Shown: positions 1 to 10,455, counted from the first letter of the stretch. The stretch is 64,000 nucleotides of DNA from an uncultured delta proteobacterium (GCA_963699755.1 CAVOVB010000001.1:256001-320000); one strand, 5' to 3'. The notes: generated from the sequence alone by a model not told the origin. Numbers and translations are program-made.

Positions 1-1
1 C

Positions 2-631
2 GTGTTCAACAACCTGACGGCGACAGAGCGCGAGAACCTCGAAGCGCTGGTCATGGCTTTCGACACCAACCTCGCACCCATCGTCGGCCAGCAGGTGACC
101 CTCAGGACCGAGAGTGAGGCCGACACCCTGGCGCGGGTCGACCTCCTGATCGAGCGTGCCGGTACACCCTTCGTGATTCCAAACGAGGATATGGCGACCG
201 AATGTGATCTGGTGGTGGCTGGCGTGGTCGATGGCGAGGCGGAGACTTGGCTACGACGGTCGGATGGCTCCTTCGAGAGCGCGAATGGCTTCATATCCCA
301 AGAGAGTCTCCTCGCCCTGACCGATGTTCCGGGCCAGGCGCTTACGTTTACCTGTACGCCTCCGGGCTCAGGTCCGCGCATGGCCGGCTTGGTTTCAGAC
401 GGCACGGGCGGAACAGGTGGCTCGGGCGGAGCGGGCGGAGCGGGCGGGGGCGACGGCAGCGGCTCGGGCGGCTCCGATGGCTCCGGTGGAACGACTGCGG
501 GCGATCAGGGCGGCTGCAGCTGCACGGTCGACGCGAGCCCGCGCGAGGGAGTGTCGGGCGGATTGCTCGGAGCGTTGACCCTACTCGGCCTCTCGATGAT
601 GCGGCGCCGGCGAATCAGGGTTTGTACTTGA
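2..631 (+). CDS. 3' end of a large surface protein with Gly/Ser linker and MYXO-CTERM sorting signal (5'-truncated by window)
   Basis: ORF open from the window start; Gly-rich linker, then GGCSC, a hydrophobic segment (GLLGALTLLGLSMM) and RRRR, the MYXO-CTERM layout. Confidence 0.8.
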   Translation: MFNNLTATERENLEALVMAFDTNLAPIVGQQVTLRTESEADTLARVDLLIERAGTPFVIPNEDMATECDLVVAGVVDGEAETWLRRSDGSFESANGFISQESLLALTDVPGQALTFTCTPPGSGPRMAGLVSDGTGGTGGSGGAGGAGGGDGSGSGGSDGSGGTTAGDQGGCSCTVDASPREGVSGGLLGALTLLGLSMMRRRRIRVCT

Positions 632-2051
632 TCGCCATGTCGATCAGTCGGTCCTGCTTGCCGGTATATGGCGGGTAGAACCAGTGCAGGAACGACAACC
701 ACGGGTTGGTGAAGACCGGGCGCATCTTGCTGAACTCCACGAAGCCGTCGAAGCCATGGTAGTGCCCCATGCCGCTCGCCCCAACGCCGCCAAATGGCAA
801 GTCGTGCTGCGCAATGTGCATGATGCAGTTGTTGATGGTGACCCCGCCGGAGATCGTGCTGTAGATGAGCTTGTCCTTCCGTGCGCGGCTCTTGGTAAAT
901 ACATAGAAACCGAGTGGCCGGTCCCTGACCGTGATGTACTCGATGACCTCGTCGAGGTCTTGATAGGTCATGATCGGGAAGAGAGGACCGAAGATTTCCT
1001 CCTGCATGATGATCATGTCGTCGTCTACGTTGAGCACGAGATGGGGCGGAATTTTGCGGAGGACGTCGTTGAACGATGCGCCATGCACCAGCGGCACGAG
1101 CTTCGCGCCCTTTGCCTCGGCATCTTCGAGCGTCATGCGAAGGCGCCGGTACGCCTTATCATCGATGACCGACGTGTAGCTCACATCGCTCGGGTCCGGA
1201 TAGCGTTCGGCTACCAGGCGCTGAGCTGCAGCCACGAATCGTTCTTCGGCACCCTCGGGAAGGAAGAGGTAGTCCGGTGCCAGGCAGGTCTGCCCGGCGT
1301 TGACGAGCTTTGCGTACATGATCCGCGAAGCGGCTTCGTCGATGTCGAAATCGTCACAGACGATCGTCGGTGACTTGCCACCGAGCTCGAGGGTGACAGG
1401 GGTCAGGTTGTCGGCTGCGGATCGCATGACCGTGCGGCCGACGTCCGCCGAGCCGGTGAAGATGATGTGGTCGTAGGGCAGGGTGGAGAAGTCTCCTGCA
1501 CGCACGCCGGGCAGAATCGCAACGACGTCCTCGGGGAAGACCTCAGCGAACTTGTCGGCGAGCAGGCGGCACAGGTTCTGCGAGTTGCTGGCCATCTTGA
1601 TCATGGCGCGGTTGCCGGCCGCCAAGACACTGACCAGCGGGCTCAGTGTGAGGAAGAGCGGGTAGTTCCAGGGCGAGACGATGCCCACCACGCCCTTGGG
1701 TTGCGGGATGACTCGATTCGAGCCGGTGGCGAAGAGCACCGAGACCTGACGGCGTTGCGGCTTCATCCACTTGCGAAGCTTCTTCACTGTATGACGGATC
1801 CCGTCCACGACCGGGAAGATCTCGAGGATCTTCGACTCTTCGGCGCTCCGATGCCCGAAGTCTTGGGCAATGGCCTCGACGATCGCATCGCGGTTCTCCA
1901 CCAGGATTCGCTCGAGGGCGCGGAGCCGCTCCTTGCGCACCTCGAGGCTCGGATACGGATCGCGCAAATACGCTTCGCGCTGCAGCTTGAAGATGCGTTG
2001 CGCCTCGTTTTCGACGGTTTCGATGGAGCGGAGTTGAGCGGTTTGGGCCAT
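615..2051 (-). CDS. Coniferyl/fatty aldehyde dehydrogenase (ALDH class 3, CalB-like)
   Basis: ALDH motifs PWNYP, FTGS, LELGGKSP, NAGQTCLAPDY (catalytic Cys), EEIFGP, PFGGVGASGMG. Confidence 0.92.
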   Translation of the reverse strand: MAQTAQLRSIETVENEAQRIFKLQREAYLRDPYPSLEVRKERLRALERILVENRDAIVEAIAQDFGHRSAEESKILEIFPVVDGIRHTVKKLRKWMKPQRRQVSVLFATGSNRVIPQPKGVVGIVSPWNYPLFLTLSPLVSVLAAGNRAMIKMASNSQNLCRLLADKFAEVFPEDVVAILPGVRAGDFSTLPYDHIIFTGSADVGRTVMRSAADNLTPVTLELGGKSPTIVCDDFDIDEAASRIMYAKLVNAGQTCLAPDYLFLPEGAEERFVAAAQRLVAERYPDPSDVSYTSVIDDKAYRRLRMTLEDAEAKGAKLVPLVHGASFNDVLRKIPPHLVLNVDDDMIIMQEEIFGPLFPIMTYQDLDEVIEYITVRDRPLGFYVFTKSRARKDKLIYSTISGGVTINNCIMHIAQHDLPFGGVGASGMGHYHGFDGFVEFSKMRPVFTNPWLSFLHWFYPPYTGKQDRLIDMAIKYKP

Positions 2052-2116
2052 AGCCGCCTAGTTGTAGCGTCACCGTGCAGCAGACCGCAAGCCCGACTTT
2101 CACAGGCCAGGGCCTA

Positions 2117-4018
2117 CTATTGCCCGGCGCCCTTGGACTCGAGCTCGACCCAACGCGCCATCATTCGGTCGATCTCCTCTCGAAGCTCCCCTTGGCGAGC
2201 CACGATGGCAGGGACCTCCTCGGCGCGCTGGGCGTAGAGTGCCGGGTCGCTGAGGAGCGTGTCGACCTCTGCGGCCTCCGTTTCGGCGTGCTCAATGCGG
2301 CCCATGAGCTCCTGAAGCTCCTTCTTCTCTTTGAACGAAAGCTTCTGCCCGTTCGCGGTCGCGCTGCCCTTTGGCGTCTGGGGGCTCTTGCCCGTGCTCC
2401 GCTTGCTCTGGGCCTGGCGCGTGGCTCGCTGATCGCGATAGTCGCTGTAGTTGCCGACATAGGCGACGACCCGGCCATCGCCTTCGAACGCGAGGATCTT
2501 CGTGGCGACCCGATCGAGGAAGTAGCGATCGTGGCTGACGATGAGCGCGGTCGAGTCGGATCGCACGAGCATCTCCTCGAGCGCTGCAAGGGTGGCAACG
2601 TCGAGGTCGTTGGTCGGCTCGTCGAGGACGAGCACATTCGCCGGTGCCAAGAGCAACTTGGCCAAAGCCACACGCGCTCGCTCGCCTCCGGAAAGCGATG
2701 ACACCTTGTCCCGGATGCGATGCGGAGCGAAGAGGAAGCGCTTCAGATAGCTTCGAATGTCGATGGAGCGCCCCTGGAAACTGACTTGGGGCCGATCGGG
2801 CGCAACGCTTTGTTGGATGGATTCGTCCTCGCTCAAGCCGCTTCGACCTTGATCGAAGTAGGCGAGCCTCGTGTTGGCGCCGACGACCACGCTGCCCCGA
2901 GTCGGCTCGAGCTCCCCTAGAAGCACGCGAAGCAAGGTCGTCTTGCCCGCACCGTTCGGGCCAACGATGCCGAGGCGATCCCCCCGTGACACGATCAAGT
3001 CCAGCGAATCGACCAGCTCGTGCGGGCCGAGGCGCACCCCAAGGCCGTGTGCTTCGACGACGGTCCCGCCAAGACGTCGTGTCTGGGCCGCGAAGCGCGC
3101 CACTTGCTCGGCTTTGGGACCGGCTTCATCGCGGAGCGCTTCTACGCGATCGACGCGCGCTTTGGATTTGCTCGTGCGGGCCTTGGGAGAACGGCGGAGC
3201 CATTCGAGCTCGGTTCGCAAGAGGTTCTGACGGTTGGCTTCGGCGCGCTCGGCGTGCGCCAGTCGGTCGGCCTTGGCTTCCAAGTACCTGTGCCAGCCGC
3301 CCTCATAGCTGAAGACCTTGCCCTGATCGACTTCGAGTGTTCGGTTCGCCACCCGATCGAGGACATAGCGGTCATGCGTAATCAGTATGAGCGCGCCGCG
3401 ATATTGCTCACGCAGATAGGTTTCGAGCCATTCGATGGTGTCGGCGTCGAGATGGTTGGTCGGCTCGTCGAGAATTGCCAAAGTCGGTTCCTCGACCAGG
3501 ACTCGCGCAAGCGCCACGCGCCGCTGCTCGCCACCACTCATCTCATCGACGTTGCGATCGATGTCCCGAAGCCCGAGTTGCTGTAGGAGCACGTCCACGC
3601 GATGGCTATTCTCCCAACCTCCGAGCCGCTCGACTTCGTGGGCAGCCGCCGCCTGTGGCTCGGTGTGCGCTTCCCATCCCAGTCCTTGCGCGGCGATCAA
3701 CCGGCTGAGCTCTTCGTGTCGCTCGAACGCCTCGGCCCAGGCGCCGAGCCCTTCGAGCACGACCTCTCGCGCACTGCGACCCGCTGGCAAGCTCGGTTCC
3801 TGGGGCAAGTAGCGAATCTTCGCTTCGCGCTGACGCGCTACGCGCCCCTCGTCAGGTTGGTCTTCGCCCACTAAGATGCGAGCCAGGGTCGACTTGCCCG
3901 CGCCGTTGTTGCCGACGAGGCCTATCCGCTCACCTTCGTGAATCGACACGTCCACACCATCGAGGAGCCGCGTCTCGCCGTACGCTTTGCTGAGGCCCTC
4001 AGCAACCAAGATAGGCAC
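2117..4018 (-). CDS. uup: ABC-F family ATP-binding protein (Uup-like)
   Basis: Two ABC domains (GNNGAGKST / GPNGAGKTT, SGGE, LDEPTN), no TM helices, PKARTSKSKAR linker and C-terminal KLSFKEKKEL coiled coil. Confidence 0.88.
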   Translation of the reverse strand: MPILVAEGLSKAYGETRLLDGVDVSIHEGERIGLVGNNGAGKSTLARILVGEDQPDEGRVARQREAKIRYLPQEPSLPAGRSAREVVLEGLGAWAEAFERHEELSRLIAAQGLGWEAHTEPQAAAAHEVERLGGWENSHRVDVLLQQLGLRDIDRNVDEMSGGEQRRVALARVLVEEPTLAILDEPTNHLDADTIEWLETYLREQYRGALILITHDRYVLDRVANRTLEVDQGKVFSYEGGWHRYLEAKADRLAHAERAEANRQNLLRTELEWLRRSPKARTSKSKARVDRVEALRDEAGPKAEQVARFAAQTRRLGGTVVEAHGLGVRLGPHELVDSLDLIVSRGDRLGIVGPNGAGKTTLLRVLLGELEPTRGSVVVGANTRLAYFDQGRSGLSEDESIQQSVAPDRPQVSFQGRSIDIRSYLKRFLFAPHRIRDKVSSLSGGERARVALAKLLLAPANVLVLDEPTNDLDVATLAALEEMLVRSDSTALIVSHDRYFLDRVATKILAFEGDGRVVAYVGNYSDYRDQRATRQAQSKRSTGKSPQTPKGSATANGQKLSFKEKKELQELMGRIEHAETEAAEVDTLLSDPALYAQRAEEVPAIVARQGELREEIDRMMARWVELESKGAGQ

Positions 4019-4196
4019 GTTCGTCCGCTCCTCAGCCCTTGGTGAATGGGCCGTCGCCGAAGCTCGTCACGACCGTCATGAGGCCACCTATCCACGATTT
4101 CGTTCGACGGGCAAGGGAGCTGGGCTGGCTCGAAGCGGGTTGACGAACCGAGGGGTCTTGGTCACGCTAGGTCGGTCTTCTGGACGGGAGTTAGAT

Positions 4197-5537
4197 ATGA
4201 TCCGTAGCTTGGTTATCTTGAGTGCCTTGGCGCTCGTAGTGGCTTGTGGTGACGGCAACCCAGAAAGTCCCGAACGCGAGCCCCAGGAAGTCAAGGTCGA
4301 TTCGTTCAACGTGGCCTTGGCCGGTGCGTTCATCCCGTTCGAAGCAGAACGCCGGCAACCGCTCGCGGACGCGATTGCAGCCCACGACGCCGACATCCTC
4401 TGCCTCCAGGAGGTCTGGACTCAGGAGGACAAGGAGATGATCCGGGACGCCGCCGCCGAAGCCTTCCCGTACGTTGTGTTCTTCCCCGACAACCTCGACA
4501 CGGTGATCGACGACCCGACGGACCAGCAAGGAGAGATTCCGCCGACTCCGACCACGGTGCCCTGTCCGGACGAGGTCTTCGGGATGGATACGTCGACCAT
4601 GAAGGCGCTCATGGATGCTGCCATCGACTGCGTGAGCGCAAACTGCTCGACCGACCCGGGAAGCGAAGACGGCCGGACCACGAGCACTTCGTGCGCCACA
4701 AAATTCTGCACGCCCGTGATCACTCCGATCTTGTTCGGAACGGACCCTCAACACGGGCGCTGCTACGCTTGCATCGCCCCGCAGCTTCCGACGTCGACGT
4801 TCCGAGAGATCCGCGAGAGCTGCCCCACGGTGGTCAACCAGGAGCTCGCCTTCGGCGGACAGAACGGCGTCATGGTCCTCTCCCGTCATCCACTCAAGGA
4901 CAGCGAGGACTGGGTCCTGCCCGGCACCTGGAATCGCCGGACGATCCTCAAGACCACTGCCGAGCTGCCGAATGGGGCAGAGCTCGATACCTATTGCAAT
5001 CACCTCACGCCGATCTTCAACCCCGCGAGTGGGATCAACGTCTACCCATACACGGGGCAGTACGGTGTCGGGAGCACCCTACCCGTTGACTGGCCCGCTG
5101 GCTGGCAGGCCGAGCAAGAGCTCCAAGCCGAGAAGCTCATCAACTACGTCGCCTCGGAGAGTGGGGAACGCCCGGCGGTGATCCTCGGCGACTTCAACTC
5201 GGGTATCGCGTTCCCGGCGCAAGACATCGTGGCGGAGGGAGAGGAAACCTACCAGCTCCTCGAGGCGGCGTACACCCCTGCCTACACGGCAGAGTACCTA
5301 GGCGAACCTCTTTGCACCTTCTGCAGTACCAATCCGGTCACCAACCCTGACAATGACCCCAACGCGACGTCGGTTTGGATCGATCACATCTTCCTGCACA
5401 ACTTGCCACAGAGCGCTGTCCGCTCGACCGCACGCGTTTTCGACGACGACCTGGTGCCGGTCATCGTTGATGAAGTCGAAGTCGTCGTACCCTTGTCTGA
5501 CCATTTCGGCATGCGCTCTGTGATCGTCGTGCCCTAG
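4197..5537 (+). CDS. Endonuclease/exonuclease/phosphatase (EEP) family lipoprotein with Cys-rich insert
   Basis: Lipobox LVVAC; EEP motifs FNV, LCLQEV, NHL, GDFN, IDHIF, SDH. Start placed at ATG 4197 after GGGAG. Confidence 0.85.
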   Translation: MIRSLVILSALALVVACGDGNPESPEREPQEVKVDSFNVALAGAFIPFEAERRQPLADAIAAHDADILCLQEVWTQEDKEMIRDAAAEAFPYVVFFPDNLDTVIDDPTDQQGEIPPTPTTVPCPDEVFGMDTSTMKALMDAAIDCVSANCSTDPGSEDGRTTSTSCATKFCTPVITPILFGTDPQHGRCYACIAPQLPTSTFREIRESCPTVVNQELAFGGQNGVMVLSRHPLKDSEDWVLPGTWNRRTILKTTAELPNGAELDTYCNHLTPIFNPASGINVYPYTGQYGVGSTLPVDWPAGWQAEQELQAEKLINYVASESGERPAVILGDFNSGIAFPAQDIVAEGEETYQLLEAAYTPAYTAEYLGEPLCTFCSTNPVTNPDNDPNATSVWIDHIFLHNLPQSAVRSTARVFDDDLVPVIVDEVEVVVPLSDHFGMRSVIVVP

Positions 5538-5625
5538 CGCCCCAGGTGAAGATGCGAAGCGCGAAGGCGTTCATCAGAGTTGACGCTGTCCCGGACAAGA
5601 CCCCGACGGCAAGGCCGCTGCGGCG

Positions 5626-7053
5626 CTAGAATGGATAGGCCTGCAAGGTGTCGAGGGCCATCGTCATGAGCATTTGCACGGCTTCGGGGGTGTCGATGGG
5701 GATGCCTGCCGCGCCGCCCCCGTAGATCGCGGAGCTCTGGGGCTTGGCGTCACGGTTCTGGTGCGCGTAGTCGACGGCTTCCGGGAGCTCCGTGGCAAAG
5801 GCCTCGGCAACGCCAGGTTGGGTCTGGGGCCTGGTCACGCACATATGAATGGCGGACGGGTGCTGTTGCCCGTTGAAGCGCCAGCCGCGCGTCTTCATGA
5901 AGTCGTTGACGTGATAGATGTCGAACTCGTCCGAGCGGAACGCGAAGCAAAAGGTGGGTGACCCCATGAGCGAAAGCTCGGACAGGCTCTTGACCGCATC
6001 CTGCATCTTGAACGAGGTTTCGAAGATCTGCTTCGCGTAGCGCAAGTACCCCTCTTTGCCGTACCGCACCATGGCGGCCCAGGTCGCCGCAATGAGGCCG
6101 CCGGAACGGCTGCCCGCTAGCCCATTGGATGCGTAGATGCCGCCCTTCCAGCTCGGCTCGATGTAGTACTGGTGCTTCCGGAAGGACGCGTCTCTGTAAA
6201 CGACGACCGAGGTGCCCTTGAGGCCATAGCCGAACTTGTGGGTGTCGGCGGAGATCGAGGTCACGCCCGGCAATCGGAAATCGAAGGCCGGGATCTCGTA
6301 ACCGAGCGCCTCGCCCCAGGGCAGGATGAAACCGCCGAGACAGCCGTCGACGTGGAGGCCGATGCCGTGCTGCACGGCCAAGTCCGAGAGCGCATCGATG
6401 GGATCGATGGTTCCGTACGGGTAGTTGCCCGCCGAGCCGACGAGGGCGATCGTCCGATCATCGATTCGGTCGCGGACGAAGTCGACGTCGACCAGCGTGC
6501 TCGCAGAGTCGGTCGGTGCGTGGACGGCCTCGAGCCCGAGAAGGTGCGCACCCTTGCGAAAAGCCGGGTGTGCGGTGTCCGGGAGGATGATCTTGGGGCG
6601 ATCGATGCCGCGCTCCTCGCGGGCCTTGTCCCGATAGATGAGCAAGGCGTTGATGATGCTCTCGGTGCCGCCGAAACCAACGGCGCCGCAAGCCTTGTGC
6701 GCAGGGTTTTGCTTGCTCACCTCGTCGCCGTGCATGAGGTCCAGGGTCATGGCGATGATGTCGGACTCGAATCGGGTCATGCTCGGACAAATGTCGCGCT
6801 GAAGCGAGTTCACGTATGAAAAGAGCGCGCAGACGGCGTTTAGGAAGTCGTAGTGCTCGTGGTCGCCGCTGTACATCGTGCCCGAGCAGCGGCCGTTCTC
6901 CCATGCCTCATCCTCTTTGCTGGCAATGGCTCGAAGCTCATCGAGAATGGCGTCGGTCGAGCGGCCCTTCGAGGGGAAACCGCGGATCACACCGTGACTC
7001 TCTGCGTACGGGTAGAGGCCTCGCATCAAGGATTCGATCGTCTCGCTCATCAC
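5626..7053 (-). CDS. Sphingosine-1-phosphate lyase-like PLP-dependent enzyme
   Basis: GRCSGTMY, GGTESI, AHPAFRKG, GTIDPI, LHVDGCLGGF, SISADTHK(PLP)FGY, GSRSGG, IHMCVT match the S1P-lyase/group II decarboxylase pattern. Confidence 0.85.
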   Translation of the reverse strand: MMSETIESLMRGLYPYAESHGVIRGFPSKGRSTDAILDELRAIASKEDEAWENGRCSGTMYSGDHEHYDFLNAVCALFSYVNSLQRDICPSMTRFESDIIAMTLDLMHGDEVSKQNPAHKACGAVGFGGTESIINALLIYRDKAREERGIDRPKIILPDTAHPAFRKGAHLLGLEAVHAPTDSASTLVDVDFVRDRIDDRTIALVGSAGNYPYGTIDPIDALSDLAVQHGIGLHVDGCLGGFILPWGEALGYEIPAFDFRLPGVTSISADTHKFGYGLKGTSVVVYRDASFRKHQYYIEPSWKGGIYASNGLAGSRSGGLIAATWAAMVRYGKEGYLRYAKQIFETSFKMQDAVKSLSELSLMGSPTFCFAFRSDEFDIYHVNDFMKTRGWRFNGQQHPSAIHMCVTRPQTQPGVAEAFATELPEAVDYAHQNRDAKPQSSAIYGGGAAGIPIDTPEAVQMLMTMALDTLQAYPF

Positions 7054-8609
7054 TCACTCCCAACGTTCAAGGCGCGAAACAGAGAACGGTTCTTCCTAAA
7101 CGCGCGGACGAACTGTGCAAACATCTCATCGTAACGCGCCGCGACTTCTCGCCGCGGCTCATAGGTTGCTGCGATGGGGACACGCGCTTTCATTTCCTCC
7201 AAACTGAGCTCGCCGAGGCGATGGAACCCAAGCAGGGCGAGGCCTCGGCTGGCGGCGTACTCCGGGTCGACAAGCTGCTCTACCGGAAGCTGTAGGATAT
7301 CGGCGAAGATCTCTGCCCAGGCCGAGGAGAGTGCGCCTCCCCCATAGAACCGGATGCGCGAGATGTCTCGCTTGGCAAAGCGAGCGACCTTTGCTTGGAC
7401 CCACCGGAGGTTGAAGGCCACGCCCTCGAGCACGGCACGGCAGAGATGTTCGCGTGTCGTTTGGAGCGAAAGGTTTAGAAAACCGCCGCGGACCTTTCCG
7501 TCTTCGGACGGAGTCACCGACCCGGTGAGCCAGGGGAGGAAGAGGACACCGTCGCTTCCGGGTGCGATCGATTGGATGGCGCTCTCCAAGACGGAGAAGG
7601 GTTGTGGGCGGCGGTGATCCGCGAAGCCGTCATTTGCGAAGACGAGGCGTTCGAGAAAGTAGTCGAGGGCTCCGCCGCCGATTCCTGCCTCGGCCATGAC
7701 GAAGTATTGGTCGGAGATCGGGGAAGGCATGCTGACCAGGGAGTTGAGCACGTCCGTTTTTTTGAAGTCTACGTGGGTGACACAGACTCCCGTCGTGCCG
7801 ATCGAGATGCCGGCGTGGTCGCCAGCAAATGCCGCGGCGCCCACGCCGCCGGCCTGGGTGTCGTTGATCGCTGGAAAGACGAGTGCGTCTCCGGCGAGCC
7901 CGAGGCGTTCGGCGACCTCGGGGAGCACCGGCCCCAGGGGCTCGTCCAATGGAACGAGCGCGGGTAGCTTTTCCTCGTCGAGGCCGGACCATTTGAGCAA
8001 GGCCGGGTGGTAGACGGGGTCGGGGCGACGGTTGTCGGTGAGCAACATCAAAAAGCTGGAGCAGCGGTTGCTGACGTGGCGGCCGGAGAGCCGCATGGCG
8101 ACGTAGTCCATCGGTTCGAGGAAGGTCGCGGTGCGTTCATAGGCCTCGGGACGTGCGAGCTTGAGCCAGCGCATGTGGGCGAGTGAGTCTGCGCCGGAGT
8201 CGAGCGGCGGGATGCCGTGGATCTGCACCCAGCGCCCCATCTGAAACGGATTGGGTTTCATCCCCTTCCCGCCCGGGAGCTTCTTCAAGCGCGCTGGTGC
8301 GCCTCGCTGGTCCATCCAGACGACCATGTTGGCCGTTGGGCGCCCAGCGGGGTCCACCGGGATGATCGAGGAGTATTGGCTGGCGCAGGCAATGCCTCTG
8401 ACGTCGTGTCGGTTGGGCAGGGAAGCAAGCGCCTCATCGGCAGCCGACAAGACTGTTTGCCAAACGCGCTCGGCATCCTGCTCCGCGCCACCGTCCGGGG
8501 TGAAAATCGTCTCGATCGACCCACGGCCGGTGCCGAGAAGAGAACCGTCACGATCGACGACTGCGGCCTTGACGTTCGACGTACCAAGATCGATGGCGAG
8601 AATCGGCAA
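7050..8609 (-). CDS. FGGY-family carbohydrate kinase (xylulokinase-like)
   Basis: IDLGTSNVKA, EQDA, WMDQR, SIGTTG, FLPWL, RAVLEGVAF, GGGA; stop overlaps the start of the lyase gene. Confidence 0.88.
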   Translation of the reverse strand: MPILAIDLGTSNVKAAVVDRDGSLLGTGRGSIETIFTPDGGAEQDAERVWQTVLSAADEALASLPNRHDVRGIACASQYSSIIPVDPAGRPTANMVVWMDQRGAPARLKKLPGGKGMKPNPFQMGRWVQIHGIPPLDSGADSLAHMRWLKLARPEAYERTATFLEPMDYVAMRLSGRHVSNRCSSFLMLLTDNRRPDPVYHPALLKWSGLDEEKLPALVPLDEPLGPVLPEVAERLGLAGDALVFPAINDTQAGGVGAAAFAGDHAGISIGTTGVCVTHVDFKKTDVLNSLVSMPSPISDQYFVMAEAGIGGGALDYFLERLVFANDGFADHRRPQPFSVLESAIQSIAPGSDGVLFLPWLTGSVTPSEDGKVRGGFLNLSLQTTREHLCRAVLEGVAFNLRWVQAKVARFAKRDISRIRFYGGGALSSAWAEIFADILQLPVEQLVDPEYAASRGLALLGFHRLGELSLEEMKARVPIAATYEPRREVAARYDEMFAQFVRAFRKNRSLFRALNVGSE

Positions 8610-8621
8610 AGGACCTGCCGA

Positions 8622-9275
8622 CTATTGCTCGATGCAGTAGAGGCCCAGGAGAGTGGAGCATGCCGGAGTGATGTTCTCGGTCCATTTCGAGCTCGTCGTG
8701 TCGGTCGCTCCGCACAGGGCGACTCCGGTCGAGCCACTCGTGAAGGCGGCGCAATCGTCGTCAGGGTAGGAGCCACCCGTCGCCAAAGTTCCGGTCCAGA
8801 CCTCGCCCGGGCGAATGACACCGCTCGCGTCGAGATTGATCGGCGTGAGAATCGAGCCGTCGACGAGGTCGTCCCAGTCGTTGGCAACGATGGTTCCGTC
8901 TACGAGAACGTACGGACCGCTTGATTGGGTAACGCGTTGGAAGACCGGCGAAGCGATGGTCGACAGCCAGGCTTTGAACTCGCCTTCGAGACCTGCTGCC
9001 GACGCTTGCGCTGCGCAAATCTCATCGGCGCCGGCGATGCCACCGAGGTTCGCGGTCTGAGCGGTGGAAGTTCGAAAGATGCGCCTATCGGTTTGGCCAG
9101 AATCGCCGCCGGTGCCAGCGCTACCGCCGGTGCCAGCGCTACCGCCGGTGCCAGCGCTACCGCCGGTGTCAGCGCTACCGCCGGTGCCAGCGTCGGTGCC
9201 ACCGTCGGTCCCTGCACAGGCGAGCAAGCCCGTAAGGGCGATGGCGATCAGAGGGAGGTACAGGCTGGATCTCAT
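8622..9275 (-). CDS. Lipoprotein with Gly-rich linker and DUF1554-like domain
   Basis: Lipobox LLAC; GTGGSA repeats; RIFRTS..NLGGIAGADEICA..FKAWLS..VWTG..LYCIEQ pattern. Confidence 0.75.
   Translation of the reverse strand: MRSSLYLPLIAIALTGLLACAGTDGGTDAGTGGSADTGGSAGTGGSAGTGGSAGTGGDSGQTDRRIFRTSTAQTANLGGIAGADEICAAQASAAGLEGEFKAWLSTIASPVFQRVTQSSGPYVLVDGTIVANDWDDLVDGSILTPINLDASGVIRPGEVWTGTLATGGSYPDDDCAAFTSGSTGVALCGATDTTSSKWTENITPACSTLLGLYCIEQ
9106..9192. repeat. 18-bp coding tandem repeat (ccgccggtgccagcgcta, about 4.8 copies)
   Basis: Directly visible; encodes the GTGGSA linker on the minus strand; one copy has a single substitution. Confidence 0.9.
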
Positions 9276-9315
9276 TCAGGTCCTTTGGCACGCCAGTCGG
9301 GTCGAAACAACTGCT

Positions 9316-9768
9316 CTAGGCCAGCGGGTCCACTCGCAGGCGCGTGAGCTTGAGCTTGCTGATACGCCAGTTGCCTCCCTCTTTGCGGTATTCCTCGTGA
9401 TAGTGGCCGTAGCCGCGAATGCCGCGTGAGGGTTTGAACTCGACGTAGTCCTCCATCGCCCAAATGCCTCGCGCCTCGGTCGGGCCGAGCAACTCGATTT
9501 CGGGCATGTGGCCGTGGTGCACGGTGATCGCTTTGCCCACCGCCCTCCGAACGAAGTCGACAACGTCTGCGCGGCCCCGAATGGTATCGCCGGGCGCGTG
9601 CTTGTCCTGTGACACGTCGACGACGATGTCGTCGGTGAATACCTGCGAGAAAGGCAGCCACTGCTTGGTGTCCATGAGTCGAAAGTAGCGTGCCTTGAGT
9701 TGCTTGATCGCTTCGATCTCCAGTAGCCTCTCGGAAGCGTTGAGCGCGGGGTCTACTGAGTCGGACAT
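9316..9768 (-). CDS. NTF2/SnoaL-like fold protein (BaiE/LinA-like)
   Basis: IEAIKQLKARYFRLMDTKQW, TVHHGHMPEI, ARGIWAMED, GYGHYHEEY. Confidence 0.85.
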   Translation of the reverse strand: MSDSVDPALNASERLLEIEAIKQLKARYFRLMDTKQWLPFSQVFTDDIVVDVSQDKHAPGDTIRGRADVVDFVRRAVGKAITVHHGHMPEIELLGPTEARGIWAMEDYVEFKPSRGIRGYGHYHEEYRKEGGNWRISKLKLTRLRVDPLA

Positions 9769-10023
9769 GGAAATATACTACAGCAGCGGGTCGAATTCGG
9801 GGATAGCGATGCTTCGTTCTGCAAGGGCCCTCCATTTCGCAACCTGTGGAGGCCGCCAGATGCGCTCCACTCGAGCCGTCGTATGTCCTTGGAGCGAAAC
9901 GCCGTAGATTCGGAACCGACTCAAGACGGGAACATACATGCAATCGGCAATCGAGAAGAATGACTGGTTCGAAGCTCAGCTACTTCGCGTGTTGAGAACA
10001 AAGGTCAAGAGGCGGTTTCGGGT

Positions 10024-10455
<432 letters not shown>

